In this document: positions 36,812 to 46,509 of the stretch, in pieces
Position numbering within the stretch: position 1 is the stretch's first letter
Layout of the letters: each line of letters begins with the position of its first letter
NCBI GenBank assembly: GCA_041665445.1
Contig: JBAYIV010000001.1
Coordinates: forward strand, 6,334 to 70,333
Direction: 5' to 3'
From: Minisyncoccota bacterium
Lineage (GTDB): Bacteria > Patescibacteriota > Minisyncoccia > UBA6257 > JAGOQP01
DNA length: 64,000 bases
The notes under the pieces: generated by a model
Database searches by the model: none
What the model saw: only the letters and a program-made list of their open reading frames with translations
What the model was told of the DNA's origin: nothing
Position numbers and translations under genes: made by a program

Positions 36812-38308
36812 TTACAATGACGAACATTGTTGTTGGAGCACTTGAGCGCTCTGTAAAGCCACATTTGCCGCATTGAGCATTGAATTGGTCCCCACCGACG
36901 CGTCAGCAAGAACCTGGGTCCATAACTCGGTGTAGGTAGTTGAGAACGTCTGCCACGCAGCCACCACATCGCTTGATGATGCCGTACTTGCTTGATCAAC
37001 GTTTGTTTGTGCATCAGCCAGCGCTTGAGTAATGGTCATTACCTGTGTCTGAATCCCCGAGAGAATGTCGCCGGGGACAAGGCTGGGACACGACGACGCG
37101 GTTTGCGTCAGAATAGTGAGAACTTGACCATAGACACTCACCACGGGACTATAGTACGACCCGAAGTCGGCGTAGTTTTGCAAAATCGTCTCGGTGCTGG
37201 TGTCGGTAGTACCACCACCACCGCCCGGAGGATTAGTTGGGGGCATTTGGCTTGTGAGCAATTGTCCGTAGTTAGTTGTCTGCGAATAGTTAGAGGTCGC
37301 CCCCGCAAGTCCTTGCTGTATATAGTTCATGAGTATGCTGATCGCTCCGTTGATAACCGCGGCGACAATACTCTGAATGTTGCTCGTAAAGTCATATTTC
37401 CCAACCGTAAACGCCTCACCGATTGACTTTGCCACTGTGTCGCCTGGCGTTTGTGTGTCCCACTGCGTGCACGAAGAATTGGAATCGTTCGGATCGGCGT
37501 GTTTAACACATGTCTTTTGATTCAAAAATCCTCCTGATGATTGTGCCTCGCTCTGGCGCGACTGCGACTCTTGAGCCATTCGACTCAAATACTGATCCTT
37601 TACCTGGAGAGAGACTCCAAAATAATTATTATCCGGCGATGCAGCGGCTTCAAATGCGAGCCAGTTGCCATTCTGTAAATAGTTGGCGGTATTTTGTAAA
37701 TTTTGCTGAAATCCTTGGATCGTGCATCGCGTAATAGCGCTCTGCGCATATTGATTGCTGTACTGTTTCTGCAATCCGATCAGTTGAACTTGGAGCTGCG
37801 GTGCAAAGGGGCCGCAAAGATTTACCCCCCAATTACTCATCAGATCATTGTTAACAGAATCGAACGCCACGTCAGCAGCCTTATTCAAAAACGCCTTCCA
37901 GTCAGTCACAAACAATGGCTCGTCCTGAAACCCGCCCTGCGCCCACTGGACAATCATATCCGTCATCATGTCAGTAATGCGCTTGACGATAACATCGCGA
38001 AGCAACGCCTTATACGGCCGAGAAACATTCTCGTGATACGACGAAAGTGTTAATTGCGCGATAGTGCTTGCTTGCTGCATTCCCAACACACCCGGTGCCG
38101 CTATCGGGACTCTGCCGGTCGCCGCGATTTCTTGCGCCAAGAGACCCGAGGCCGTTCCCGTAAAAGTGCTCAAGATACCAGTATCGCCCGACTCTGTTCC
38201 GCTTTGAGCATAGACGGGAAGCGAAAAACTAGGGGTGGCAAAAACAATCGAACACAATACGATTACTAAAGAAACTTTTCTGTACGATAAAATGCGGGAA
38301 GTGCTCAT
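36812..38308 (-). CDS. Secreted/membrane protein of the T4SS-like cluster
   Basis: Signal peptide, IVQWAQGGF..P.FVTDW, LCGPF, GGFL...C...C...TPG. Start set at MSTSR (uncertain). Confidence 0.7.
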   Translation of the reverse strand: MSTSRILSYRKVSLVIVLCSIVFATPSFSLPVYAQSGTESGDTGILSTFTGTASGLLAQEIAATGRVPIAAPGVLGMQQASTIAQLTLSSYHENVSRPYKALLRDVIVKRITDMMTDMIVQWAQGGFQDEPLFVTDWKAFLNKAADVAFDSVNNDLMSNWGVNLCGPFAPQLQVQLIGLQKQYSNQYAQSAITRCTIQGFQQNLQNTANYLQNGNWLAFEAAASPDNNYFGVSLQVKDQYLSRMAQESQSRQSEAQSSGGFLNQKTCVKHADPNDSNSSCTQWDTQTPGDTVAKSIGEAFTVGKYDFTSNIQSIVAAVINGAISILMNYIQQGLAGATSNYSQTTNYGQLLTSQMPPTNPPGGGGGTTDTSTETILQNYADFGSYYSPVVSVYGQVLTILTQTASSCPSLVPGDILSGIQTQVMTITQALADAQTNVDQASTASSSDVVAAWQTFSTTYTELWTQVLADASVGTNSMLNAANVALQSAQVLQQQCSSL

Positions 38309-38398
38309 ACGGCTCCCATTCTTTGTTAGTGTAGCATATAAATACATAGAGAGAGAAGTTTTTGTGTGCATAATCTCCGCCCAACAATCCGCACTCAC

Positions 38399-39655
38399 TT
38401 AGGGAGAATACGGGATAAGAGACGTCCCGAAGAACGAGATCGTCCCCGCTCCTTCTGAATAGGTTACCGTCCCCTTGTTACACACGCCCGGACTGGGGAA
38501 CTGATCTCCTAAAATCGAGTTGCTAGGATACACCGCATTATACAAAAAGGGGTTTGCGGCATACACGGTCCAATACAAAAAGAATGCGCCACTTGACGGT
38601 GGGGGCGTCTCCCCAACGACAATCAGCTCTCCCGTCGTGCAAACATCGGCGATGGATTCAATCCGGCCACCGAACGGGAGCAATGCCCCGATTTGCGCGC
38701 GCGCCATCAAAACAAAAGAGGAAAGCCGACTCCAAAAACCTCCCCACACCGACGGGGCCGACCGACCGCTCGTTGATTGACGAGAGAAAATAATCCGATA
38801 GGTGGGATAATATTCCGCATATACCCGCTGATAGTTTGCCAGTGTGTCCGCAATATTTTGCGCAGTTTGTGATAGAGACGCGGCAGCGATGACTGCGATT
38901 GCGTTGTAGGAAAACCACGCAAGTAAATTTCGATGCTGTCCCTCCATCGATGCCGAAACGGAGACGAGGCGCAGTTGCCCGTATACAGTCTGATAGAAAT
39001 CTCCCCAGAGGCGCAATTTTTTTACCAGTACGGCCTGCGCGATGCCGTCATTTTGTTCAATCGCGCGCTTCAGTCCTTGTAAAAGCGCGGGAATTGTTTC
39101 AATCGTTCCGGATGCGGTTTTCAATAACTCAACGTCGCCAAGCGATCCAAGTGACGCGGTTTGAGATAAAGATAAAAATCGCGCGCGATACGCCTCAACG
39201 GAATCAATGCCCGAGGGCGACACCAGCACGTCGGTGGCGGGGACAAGGGGAAGCGACGAAAGTTTTTCCAAAACAGTCGACGTTGTGGTGGTTGATTGGC
39301 TTGGTTGGACGGGTGCGGCAGACCCTCCGCCCGTTAATGACAGAATGTATAATTTTGTTTTGGGTCCGAAATAACCCAGCGCCGGAAATACGCGATGCGC
39401 CGATTGAAAGCGCGCAAGCGCGCGCGCGGTGAGGGGACCAAAATATCCCGAGACAATTCCCTCGGGATATATCTTACCCGCCACGGTCGTTTGATTCGAT
39501 AAAAATTCCTGCAGAAGGGCGACACGATCTCCGCGAGACCCGATAGATAGATCGGCGCCACCGACAAGAATCGATTTTTGTTGCGTGGTTATGGTGGCAC
39601 CTGCCCAGGCAGGAACCATAAAAAGAATAGCCACGACTAAAAAAACTTTTTTCAT
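38399..39655 (-). CDS. Secreted peptidoglycan-binding-domain protein
   Basis: LSIGSRGDRVALLQEFL...GYFGPLTARALARFQ...GYFGPKT; C-terminal FGG..C..C..GTS module. Confidence 0.8.
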   Translation of the reverse strand: MKKVFLVVAILFMVPAWAGATITTQQKSILVGGADLSIGSRGDRVALLQEFLSNQTTVAGKIYPEGIVSGYFGPLTARALARFQSAHRVFPALGYFGPKTKLYILSLTGGGSAAPVQPSQSTTTTSTVLEKLSSLPLVPATDVLVSPSGIDSVEAYRARFLSLSQTASLGSLGDVELLKTASGTIETIPALLQGLKRAIEQNDGIAQAVLVKKLRLWGDFYQTVYGQLRLVSVSASMEGQHRNLLAWFSYNAIAVIAAASLSQTAQNIADTLANYQRVYAEYYPTYRIIFSRQSTSGRSAPSVWGGFWSRLSSFVLMARAQIGALLPFGGRIESIADVCTTGELIVVGETPPPSSGAFFLYWTVYAANPFLYNAVYPSNSILGDQFPSPGVCNKGTVTYSEGAGTISFFGTSLIPYSP

Positions 39656-40476
39656 TAATTTTTTATGGGCACGAGATACGTTTGAATGCTTTGCCACTGA
39701 GTAATAAGATCGGGGAGAGCCTCAAACGCCATGTAGGCTCGAACAGGATCACTTTGATACGTTGCCACCGCAGAAAAAATCTTTTCAACGTTCGAGAAAA
39801 ATTGAAGATTTTTTGTATGAAAACTCACATAAACTCGTGGCACAGTCATGTTTTTCAAAGTAGCCTCAAGCGCCTGATCGCGCTTAAGAAAGTCGTTGAT
39901 AAAAGTCCCGCTCCCGTCGCTCACCAATGCGTTGATGCCGTTTTGTACTTTTGACCAATCAAAAAGGTCGGTAATAATGTGCGACCCAGATACCGCCTTA
40001 CCGTAGGCATTGCCATACGCCAAAATAACAGCCGACGACGAATCGTTGGTGATAATGAAGGCTGCCGGATCAATGGCTGTATTAAGATTGAGTGAATTCG
40101 AATTAAGACCCCCGGCCGCGCCCTGCAAGTTTATTTGTTCCACCAAGGATTGAGCGCTCGAAGCGGTCAATTGCCCACTAAAAGGAAGAGACACAAACTG
40201 ACTCGTGAGGGCTCGAGTAATACTATCCGTTAAATTTGACGACGTCGACGACGAAGACGATGCAGGCGACGCGCTTTGGAGCGACCCAACGCTTTCAGTG
40301 TTTAATCCTTTGTCCAGGGCGCCCATAGGAAAGGCATCTGTTGTCGACGCGGTTTCTCCGGATTTATCGGGAGAGGTGATAATCTGAGAAAGCGATGACG
40401 AGAAAAGCCAATAAAGAAGAAACGCGACCGCGACAATAAAAAAGCCGAAAAAAAGATTTTTATGCTGATCAGTCAT
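39655..40476 (-). CDS. Membrane-anchored hypothetical protein
   Basis: N-terminal TM, NLTD motif, DPVRA C-terminus; TAATG coupling to the next gene. Confidence 0.7.
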   Translation of the reverse strand: MTDQHKNLFFGFFIVAVAFLLYWLFSSSLSQIITSPDKSGETASTTDAFPMGALDKGLNTESVGSLQSASPASSSSSTSSNLTDSITRALTSQFVSLPFSGQLTASSAQSLVEQINLQGAAGGLNSNSLNLNTAIDPAAFIITNDSSSAVILAYGNAYGKAVSGSHIITDLFDWSKVQNGINALVSDGSGTFINDFLKRDQALEATLKNMTVPRVYVSFHTKNLQFFSNVEKIFSAVATYQSDPVRAYMAFEALPDLITQWQSIQTYLVPIKN

Positions 40477-40493
40477 GGTAGTATGAGTGTACT

Positions 40494-41279
40494 CTAAAAA
40501 GAACCCGCAAACAAATAAAAAAGTCCCTCAAGCATCTCCGGTGAAAGCGTTTGGGGGCGATGTGTCGAATTAACACCGATCTGGCCACATCGGCCAACGA
40601 CATCGTCCCGAGAAACATTGGCGCACTCCAAAAGATTATTAAGGATCGTTTTTCTTGGGTGTCTAAACAAAATCCTCATAAACGCATAGTAACTCAAAAG
40701 AATGTGATGAGAAGGGAGCGATGCTCGCGTTTCAAACATCACCACAGCCGAATCCACCTCAGGCGGAGGAGAAAACAAACCACGCGGAACCGAAAACAGA
40801 ATAGTGGGTGATGCCCATGCTTGGACGATTGCAGCAAGAAGGTTCATGTGTGGCGGGTTTGCGCACAAACGAAGGGCCACCTCTTTTTGTATTAACAGCA
40901 CGGTGTGGATCGGCTTATAGCTCACATCACCCACAATGTGCAATAAACGTCCGGTAATATAATAAGGAATGTTCCCCACGAGCACATAGGGGGTTTTTTC
41001 TTTTTCCAAACGAGCCACCAGCAGAGGAAGGGTTACCAGCGCGTTTCCTTCGATGACCTCGACCGACCAAAATCGCTTATCGGCGCGCAATTCATCGGCA
41101 AGGCGCGAATCGCGCTCAAGAACAGTGACGCGCGCACTGTTCTTGCATAAATATTTTGTAAGCTCTCCGTGCCCCGGGCCTATCTCAATAATAACCGCAC
41201 CCGCGCTTTGACTGGCGGCGGCTATTTTTTCAAGCGTTAATTCACTTGTGAGAAAATGCTGGCCTAAGCGACGCCTCAT
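40494..41279 (-). CDS. rsmA: 16S rRNA dimethyladenosine transferase
   Basis: LGQHFL, IEIGPGHGELT, VGNIPYYIT and FSPPPEVDS motifs. Confidence 0.96.
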   Translation of the reverse strand: MRRRLGQHFLTSELTLEKIAAASQSAGAVIIEIGPGHGELTKYLCKNSARVTVLERDSRLADELRADKRFWSVEVIEGNALVTLPLLVARLEKEKTPYVLVGNIPYYITGRLLHIVGDVSYKPIHTVLLIQKEVALRLCANPPHMNLLAAIVQAWASPTILFSVPRGLFSPPPEVDSAVVMFETRASLPSHHILLSYYAFMRILFRHPRKTILNNLLECANVSRDDVVGRCGQIGVNSTHRPQTLSPEMLEGLFYLFAGSF

Positions 41280-41282
41280 ATC

Positions 41283-43106
41283 TCAATCATACTCTATGTA
41301 TCGCTCCTCGTCATCAAGGTCGCGCGTGTGACCAGGGACAGTGCGTGCCGCATCACCCTCAAAAATGACCGTCTCGGGCGGCACCTCATATAAAAAACGA
41401 GATGGGATTTGATAAAAGTGCAACGACAGCGTCTGGCGTGCGCGCGTCATAGCCACATACATTAACCGACGTTCTTCCTCGAGGTCCTCGGCCTTCAAAA
41501 GAGACCGCTGGTGCGGCATCAATCCCTCGCTGACGCCCGCCACACAAACATCATCAAACTCAAGTCCTTTGGCAAGGTGAATGGTCATCAGATGAATACG
41601 CGCAGCGCTTTTCTCTTCGCGCGTTTTGCGTGGCGCACCGTCCAAAGGACTTGCCAGCGTTACTTTTTCGAGAAACTCGGGAAGGGATGCGAATTGTTCG
41701 GCAAAATAAATAAGCTCGGCGATATTTTCGTATCGATCAGCATAATTAGCAAACTCTTTTTTAATAAGATCCCGATACTGTGCGACGTGCAAAAATAATT
41801 TAATATAATCAGCCGGCGACGCATTGGGAGGCGCGGCCGCCAGTGCTTCGCGCAACGGGCGCGTAATTTTTTTTGGGAACGTTTTTTCCAGCCGCTCGCC
41901 GCTAATCTGATCGTTTGCATTAACCGCAACGCGCAACACCGCCAGGATATCTTTCACTTCCTTGCGTTCATAAAACGTCATGGCGCCAAACAATGCATAC
42001 GGAACCTCTTTTTCTAAAAGCATTTGTTCTAAAGCGCGGCTCTGCGCATTGGTGCGATACAAAATACCCACCAGCGCGCCTGCGCGCGCACGCGCCGCCG
42101 CCGCATCCACAATCCATTCAGCTTGATCAAATTCGTCGGCGTGTTCCACCACGCGAAGCGGAGCGCCTTGGCTATTTTCCGTCCACAGCGTTTTGCGTTT
42201 CTGGAATTGATTGCGCGCAATAACACCCGATGATGCGGCAACAATGCTTTGTGTTGAGCGGTAATTTTGTTCTAAAAAAATAATCCGCGTTCCCGGCCAC
42301 GTTTTTTCAAAATCCAAAAAATTCCGAAAGTCTGACGATCGGAATCCATAAATCGCTTGTGCGTCATCACCCACCGCCATAATATTGCCGTGCGTGCGCG
42401 CTACCAGCGACGCCAACGCGTGCTGTGCCGGATTGGTATCTTGATACTCATCGATAAGCACATGCGAAAATCGAGATTGGTATCGCGCCAGAACCGCCGG
42501 ATCTTTTTGCCACGCCACAATAACTTTATAAATCAAATCATCAAAATCAAATCCATTGTTCGCCTCCAAGTACCGCTCATAATCAGAAAAGAGAGCCCAC
42601 ACCAGCGCGTCATCGGTTGTTCCCAGTGCGGCGTCCGCAGAGAGAAATTCGTTTTTTATTTTCCCAAACAAACGGCTTGCTTGCGCGGGACTTATTTTTT
42701 TGGGATCAATGCCGCGATTTTTAAGCACGCGCTTGATCGCACGCCCCGCGTCATCGGCATCAAAAATAGTAAACCCATTGGTCCGCCCGAACATTCCCGC
42801 CTCGCGGCGCAAAACCCACGCACCAAATGCATGGAAGGTGCTCACAAATGGTTCGCCGCCCGAAACACCCGCCTGCGCCAGCGCGTCAGCAACGCGCCGC
42901 TTCATTTCTCCGGCAGCCTTATTGGTAAAAGTGATGGCTAAAATTCGTTCTGGCGAGACTTTCCGATGGGTGATGAGAAAAACAAGCCGTGCGGTAAGCG
43001 TCTTGGTTTTCCCCGAACCAGCTCCCGCGACAACCAAAATCGGCCCATCGGGAGCGGTGGCGGCTTCTCGCTGTTTTTCGTTCAAGTCGTCAAAAAAATC
43101 ATTCAT
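41283..43106 (-). CDS. pcrA: UvrD/PcrA family DNA helicase
   Basis: AGAGSGKT, IDEYQDTN, VGDDAQAIYGFR, TIHLAKGLEF and EERRLMYVAMTRA motifs. Confidence 0.93.
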   Translation of the reverse strand: MNDFFDDLNEKQREAATAPDGPILVVAGAGSGKTKTLTARLVFLITHRKVSPERILAITFTNKAAGEMKRRVADALAQAGVSGGEPFVSTFHAFGAWVLRREAGMFGRTNGFTIFDADDAGRAIKRVLKNRGIDPKKISPAQASRLFGKIKNEFLSADAALGTTDDALVWALFSDYERYLEANNGFDFDDLIYKVIVAWQKDPAVLARYQSRFSHVLIDEYQDTNPAQHALASLVARTHGNIMAVGDDAQAIYGFRSSDFRNFLDFEKTWPGTRIIFLEQNYRSTQSIVAASSGVIARNQFQKRKTLWTENSQGAPLRVVEHADEFDQAEWIVDAAAARARAGALVGILYRTNAQSRALEQMLLEKEVPYALFGAMTFYERKEVKDILAVLRVAVNANDQISGERLEKTFPKKITRPLREALAAAPPNASPADYIKLFLHVAQYRDLIKKEFANYADRYENIAELIYFAEQFASLPEFLEKVTLASPLDGAPRKTREEKSAARIHLMTIHLAKGLEFDDVCVAGVSEGLMPHQRSLLKAEDLEEERRLMYVAMTRARQTLSLHFYQIPSRFLYEVPPETVIFEGDAARTVPGHTRDLDDEERYIEYD

Positions 43107-43181
43107 ATTTTTCTCGGGCGCACTTCAGTAAAGCAGATCGCGCGAGAAAAAGAAAACGCCGCGCGCGTGGCGCGACAAGGT

Positions 43182-44720
43182 CTAAGCAACGGTGCGAGAG
43201 CGATATGAAAACGCCTCAGCAACATGTCGCTCCTCAACCAGTGGCGCCGCCTCAAGATCGGCAATTGTTTGTGCGACTTTCAATAATTTAAAATAGCCGC
43301 GCGCGGATAATTTTCCCGCATCAAGCATTTTTTCAGCCAGCGCGTGCGCACCCGGCGTGCGACACACATACTGCTCAACGTCTTTTGACGTCATGTCCGC
43401 ATTTGAAAGAATGGGTCGAGGGGCACCGGCAAACCGTCGCGCCGCACATAATCGAGCACGCGTAACCGCCTCCCGCAATCGCGCCGACTCCCGCGTATCG
43501 CGCTCACCGCGCAAGTCGGCGGCACGAATCCGATCAACCCACACATGCAGATCAATTCGATCCAGCAACGGTCCCGATATTTTTTTCTGATAACGCGCCA
43601 CTTCAAACGCCGTGCAAGTGCATTCTTTTTCATGATCGCCATAATAACCGCACGGGCACGGATTAGATGCCGCGACCAGCAAGCAACGTGATGGAAATGA
43701 CAGCGTCCGCTTTGCACGCGCGACCACGACCGCGCCGCCTTCCAATGGCTGCCGCAACGCCTCAAGCACGTCGCGATGAAATTCGGGAAGTTCGTCGAGG
43801 AACAATACCCCACGATGAGCCAGACTCACTTCTCCCGGATGAGGATTTTGTCCGCCCCCAATAATAGAAACTAACGATGCGGTGTGATGGGGCGCACGGA
43901 ATGGCCGGCTCGCAATATATTGCTTCCCCAACAAAAGTCCGGCGGCACTGTGTACTTGCGTTGCTTCAATGGCCTCCACAAGAGAGAGGCGCGGAAGGAT
44001 AGAAACAAGCGCTTGCGCCAACATTGTTTTCCCCGTACCGGGGGGACCGGAGAAAAAAATATTATGCCCGCCGGCCGCGGCAACCAACAATGCCCGTTTA
44101 GCCGTCTCCTGCCCACGAATCTCTGAAATATCAATCGCCGCAAGTGCGTCTTCCGGCCCAAAGTCACCGCTTTGATGCGGCGTCACTGGCGCCGTCCCCT
44201 CAAGGTGCTCGATGACATCTCGAAGATGCCGGATAGGGATAATGGCAATGTCACGCGCCAACGCCGCCTCATTTCGATTCTCATATGGAACAAAAATGGT
44301 TGCAAACCCCTCTTCAGCAGCCATTTGGCAGATATTGAAAACGCCGGGGACGCCCCGCACGTCACCCGACAGCCCCAGCTCACCCACAAACAAAGTGTTA
44401 CTCGCGTCAAACGCCCGCATTTGATTTGATGCCACCAAATACCCCAAGGCGATAGCTAAGTCATAATGCGAGCCGTTTTTTTTGATATCCGCAGGCGCAA
44501 GATTCACAACAATTTTTCTATTTTCGCGCGTCGGGGGCTTTGCGCCTGAATTTTTGATAGCCGACGAGACCCGCTCACGCGCCTCAGACACAGCTTTATC
44601 AGCAAGACCGACGATAGTAAACGAAGACAAGCCGATATTTATATCCACCTCAACCTCAACGCGTTGTGCGCCAATTCCCTCAAGTTCCGCCGAAAAAATT
44701 TTTGCAATTGCGTGATGCAT
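43182..44720 (-). CDS. comM: YifB/ComM Mg-chelatase-like AAA+ ATPase
   Basis: IVGLADKAVSEARERV, GPPGTGKT, PGEVSLAHRGVLFLDE, NPCPCG and SGPLLDRID motifs. Confidence 0.93.
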   Translation of the reverse strand: MHHAIAKIFSAELEGIGAQRVEVEVDINIGLSSFTIVGLADKAVSEARERVSSAIKNSGAKPPTRENRKIVVNLAPADIKKNGSHYDLAIALGYLVASNQMRAFDASNTLFVGELGLSGDVRGVPGVFNICQMAAEEGFATIFVPYENRNEAALARDIAIIPIRHLRDVIEHLEGTAPVTPHQSGDFGPEDALAAIDISEIRGQETAKRALLVAAAGGHNIFFSGPPGTGKTMLAQALVSILPRLSLVEAIEATQVHSAAGLLLGKQYIASRPFRAPHHTASLVSIIGGGQNPHPGEVSLAHRGVLFLDELPEFHRDVLEALRQPLEGGAVVVARAKRTLSFPSRCLLVAASNPCPCGYYGDHEKECTCTAFEVARYQKKISGPLLDRIDLHVWVDRIRAADLRGERDTRESARLREAVTRARLCAARRFAGAPRPILSNADMTSKDVEQYVCRTPGAHALAEKMLDAGKLSARGYFKLLKVAQTIADLEAAPLVEERHVAEAFSYRSRTVA

Positions 44721-44769
44721 AACGCAGACTCACACAACAAAACAGTCCCTCACGAGGGGACTGTTGTAA

Positions 44770-45117
44770 TTATTCGTGATGCACGTGCATCTTTTGATTG
44801 CACACCTGACATCGACGCGCGTCGGGAACTACCACAAGCACTTTTTCGTCGATTTGACCGCCACACATTTCACACGTGCCGTAGGTTCCTTTTTCCATCT
44901 TCAGTAACGCCCCCTCAATATTGCCCAACTTTTCTTTGAGCGCTCGAGCTGAAGCTTCTTGATTAAGAGCCGCAACGTTCTCATCCGCGTCATCTTCTGG
45001 CCCAGGCACGTCGCCAAAATCTGGTGGCGTTTCAAGTTCACGCACTTGCTGTTCTAGGTGCGCCCGCTCTTCAATGAGCCGCCCTTTGAGCATTTCTTGT
45101 TTCTCGTGTGTTAACAT
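44770..45117 (-). CDS. TraR/DksA C4 zinc-finger protein
   Basis: Coiled coil plus GTYGTCEMCG..I...L..VP.ARRCQVC. Confidence 0.88.
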   Translation of the reverse strand: MLTHEKQEMLKGRLIEERAHLEQQVRELETPPDFGDVPGPEDDADENVAALNQEASARALKEKLGNIEGALLKMEKGTYGTCEMCGGQIDEKVLVVVPDARRCQVCNQKMHVHHE

Positions 45118-45127
45118 ACGATAGGCG

Positions 45128-46390
45128 TTAAGGAGTGGACGACGTTGACGACGTCGTGATGGTTGATGGTATCACCAATGGAGGAACGACCAATGGATTT
45201 GCCTTAAGACGATTGACGATATCTACTATTTGATTATATGACGTCGCCAAAATCAAGTACAGGCTCCCGTCCGACCCGGACATAAAACCATACTCAAAAA
45301 CACGGCCAACCTTGCTGTTGTAAACCAAGTAACGCACATGCACAACATTTCCAACCAAACCATCTTTAAACGCGGGCATTTGCGGCACGGTGGTTGTAGA
45401 TATGAATAAATGCCCCACATCAACGGGATTGCTTTCTATATATTGCCCAATGGTTGTTGTTGCTTGAGCGCCCGACGCGTTCAATTTAAAAACAAACCCC
45501 AGCTTAGCTCCTCCGGTCTTATCAAAATAAAACCATGAGGTGAAATCGGGATCAACCATGCTCGCCAGCGACTGGCCGAACGAAGGGAAGTATGAAGAAA
45601 GAATCGTCGGACTCTGCGCGGGTGTGTTTGACGCATCTACTATTGTTATGTCTTTAACACTCCCGACAGAAAGTCCTTCCGTCCCCGCCATTGCTACAAC
45701 AGCAGCGCGAACAGCATCTGGACCGCCCGCCGGTAGCGTCACTGTGACTGTTTGTGCTGGAGCAAGTATGAGCGATAGATGCGCCATGGGCTGTACAATA
45801 GTCGGCGCTTGAACTTGTTCTTGTGATGGGGAAGATGAGGCAGCTAATTGCTCCGTTGAACTCGTCACCACCGGAACCGATGTTGCTGGAGCACTCACCA
45901 GCGCACCCACCAAATAATAAGCCCCCAATCCCAAAGCAAGCGCCACAAGAATCGCACCAACAATCATAAAAATTGTCTTTGTTTTTGACCCGCTTGGCGA
46001 TGTGCTGGGCGCGGCGACGGGCACCGACCCCACACCACCATCCTGCACGAAAGCATCACTCTCCCCAGAAGGAGCGGGCGGCGATTGAAAATCTTGAGCA
46101 ACTGATGCGGAAGCGGATACGGGAGAAAAGGTGGAGACATCAGGAGACATATTGGGAATCTGCGGCACGTTAGCCATCTGCGACTGCGGCATTTGTCCTC
46201 CCGTCTCTTTTACTGATTGCACGTCGGAGGCCATGGTATGGATGCTTACGCGCTCGTCGGGTGCGGGCGGCGGAGGAGGAACGCCCTGCTGCCCGCTCAC
46301 GCTTGCCGCTGGCGATGGTTGTGGCGGGACACCCGCCGCACCAAATTGATTTTGCGACCCGTATTCGTTCTGTTGATTGTTTTCGTTCAT
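45128..46390 (-). CDS. Single-pass membrane protein with a Pro-rich cytoplasmic N-terminus
   Basis: IHTMASD motif, one TM helix, C-terminal globular domain. Start MNENN. Confidence 0.75.
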   Translation of the reverse strand: MNENNQQNEYGSQNQFGAAGVPPQPSPAASVSGQQGVPPPPPAPDERVSIHTMASDVQSVKETGGQMPQSQMANVPQIPNMSPDVSTFSPVSASASVAQDFQSPPAPSGESDAFVQDGGVGSVPVAAPSTSPSGSKTKTIFMIVGAILVALALGLGAYYLVGALVSAPATSVPVVTSSTEQLAASSSPSQEQVQAPTIVQPMAHLSLILAPAQTVTVTLPAGGPDAVRAAVVAMAGTEGLSVGSVKDITIVDASNTPAQSPTILSSYFPSFGQSLASMVDPDFTSWFYFDKTGGAKLGFVFKLNASGAQATTTIGQYIESNPVDVGHLFISTTTVPQMPAFKDGLVGNVVHVRYLVYNSKVGRVFEYGFMSGSDGSLYLILATSYNQIVDIVNRLKANPLVVPPLVIPSTITTSSTSSTP

Positions 46391-46509
46391 ACAAAATATC
46401 TGTTCTCGCGCGCCGAGAAAAATTGTCCGGCGGCACAAAAACGCTTAATATATTTTTAAGTATATCACACCTTTCACACGCACACAAAAAGCTATGGTAT
46501 ACTAAAATA

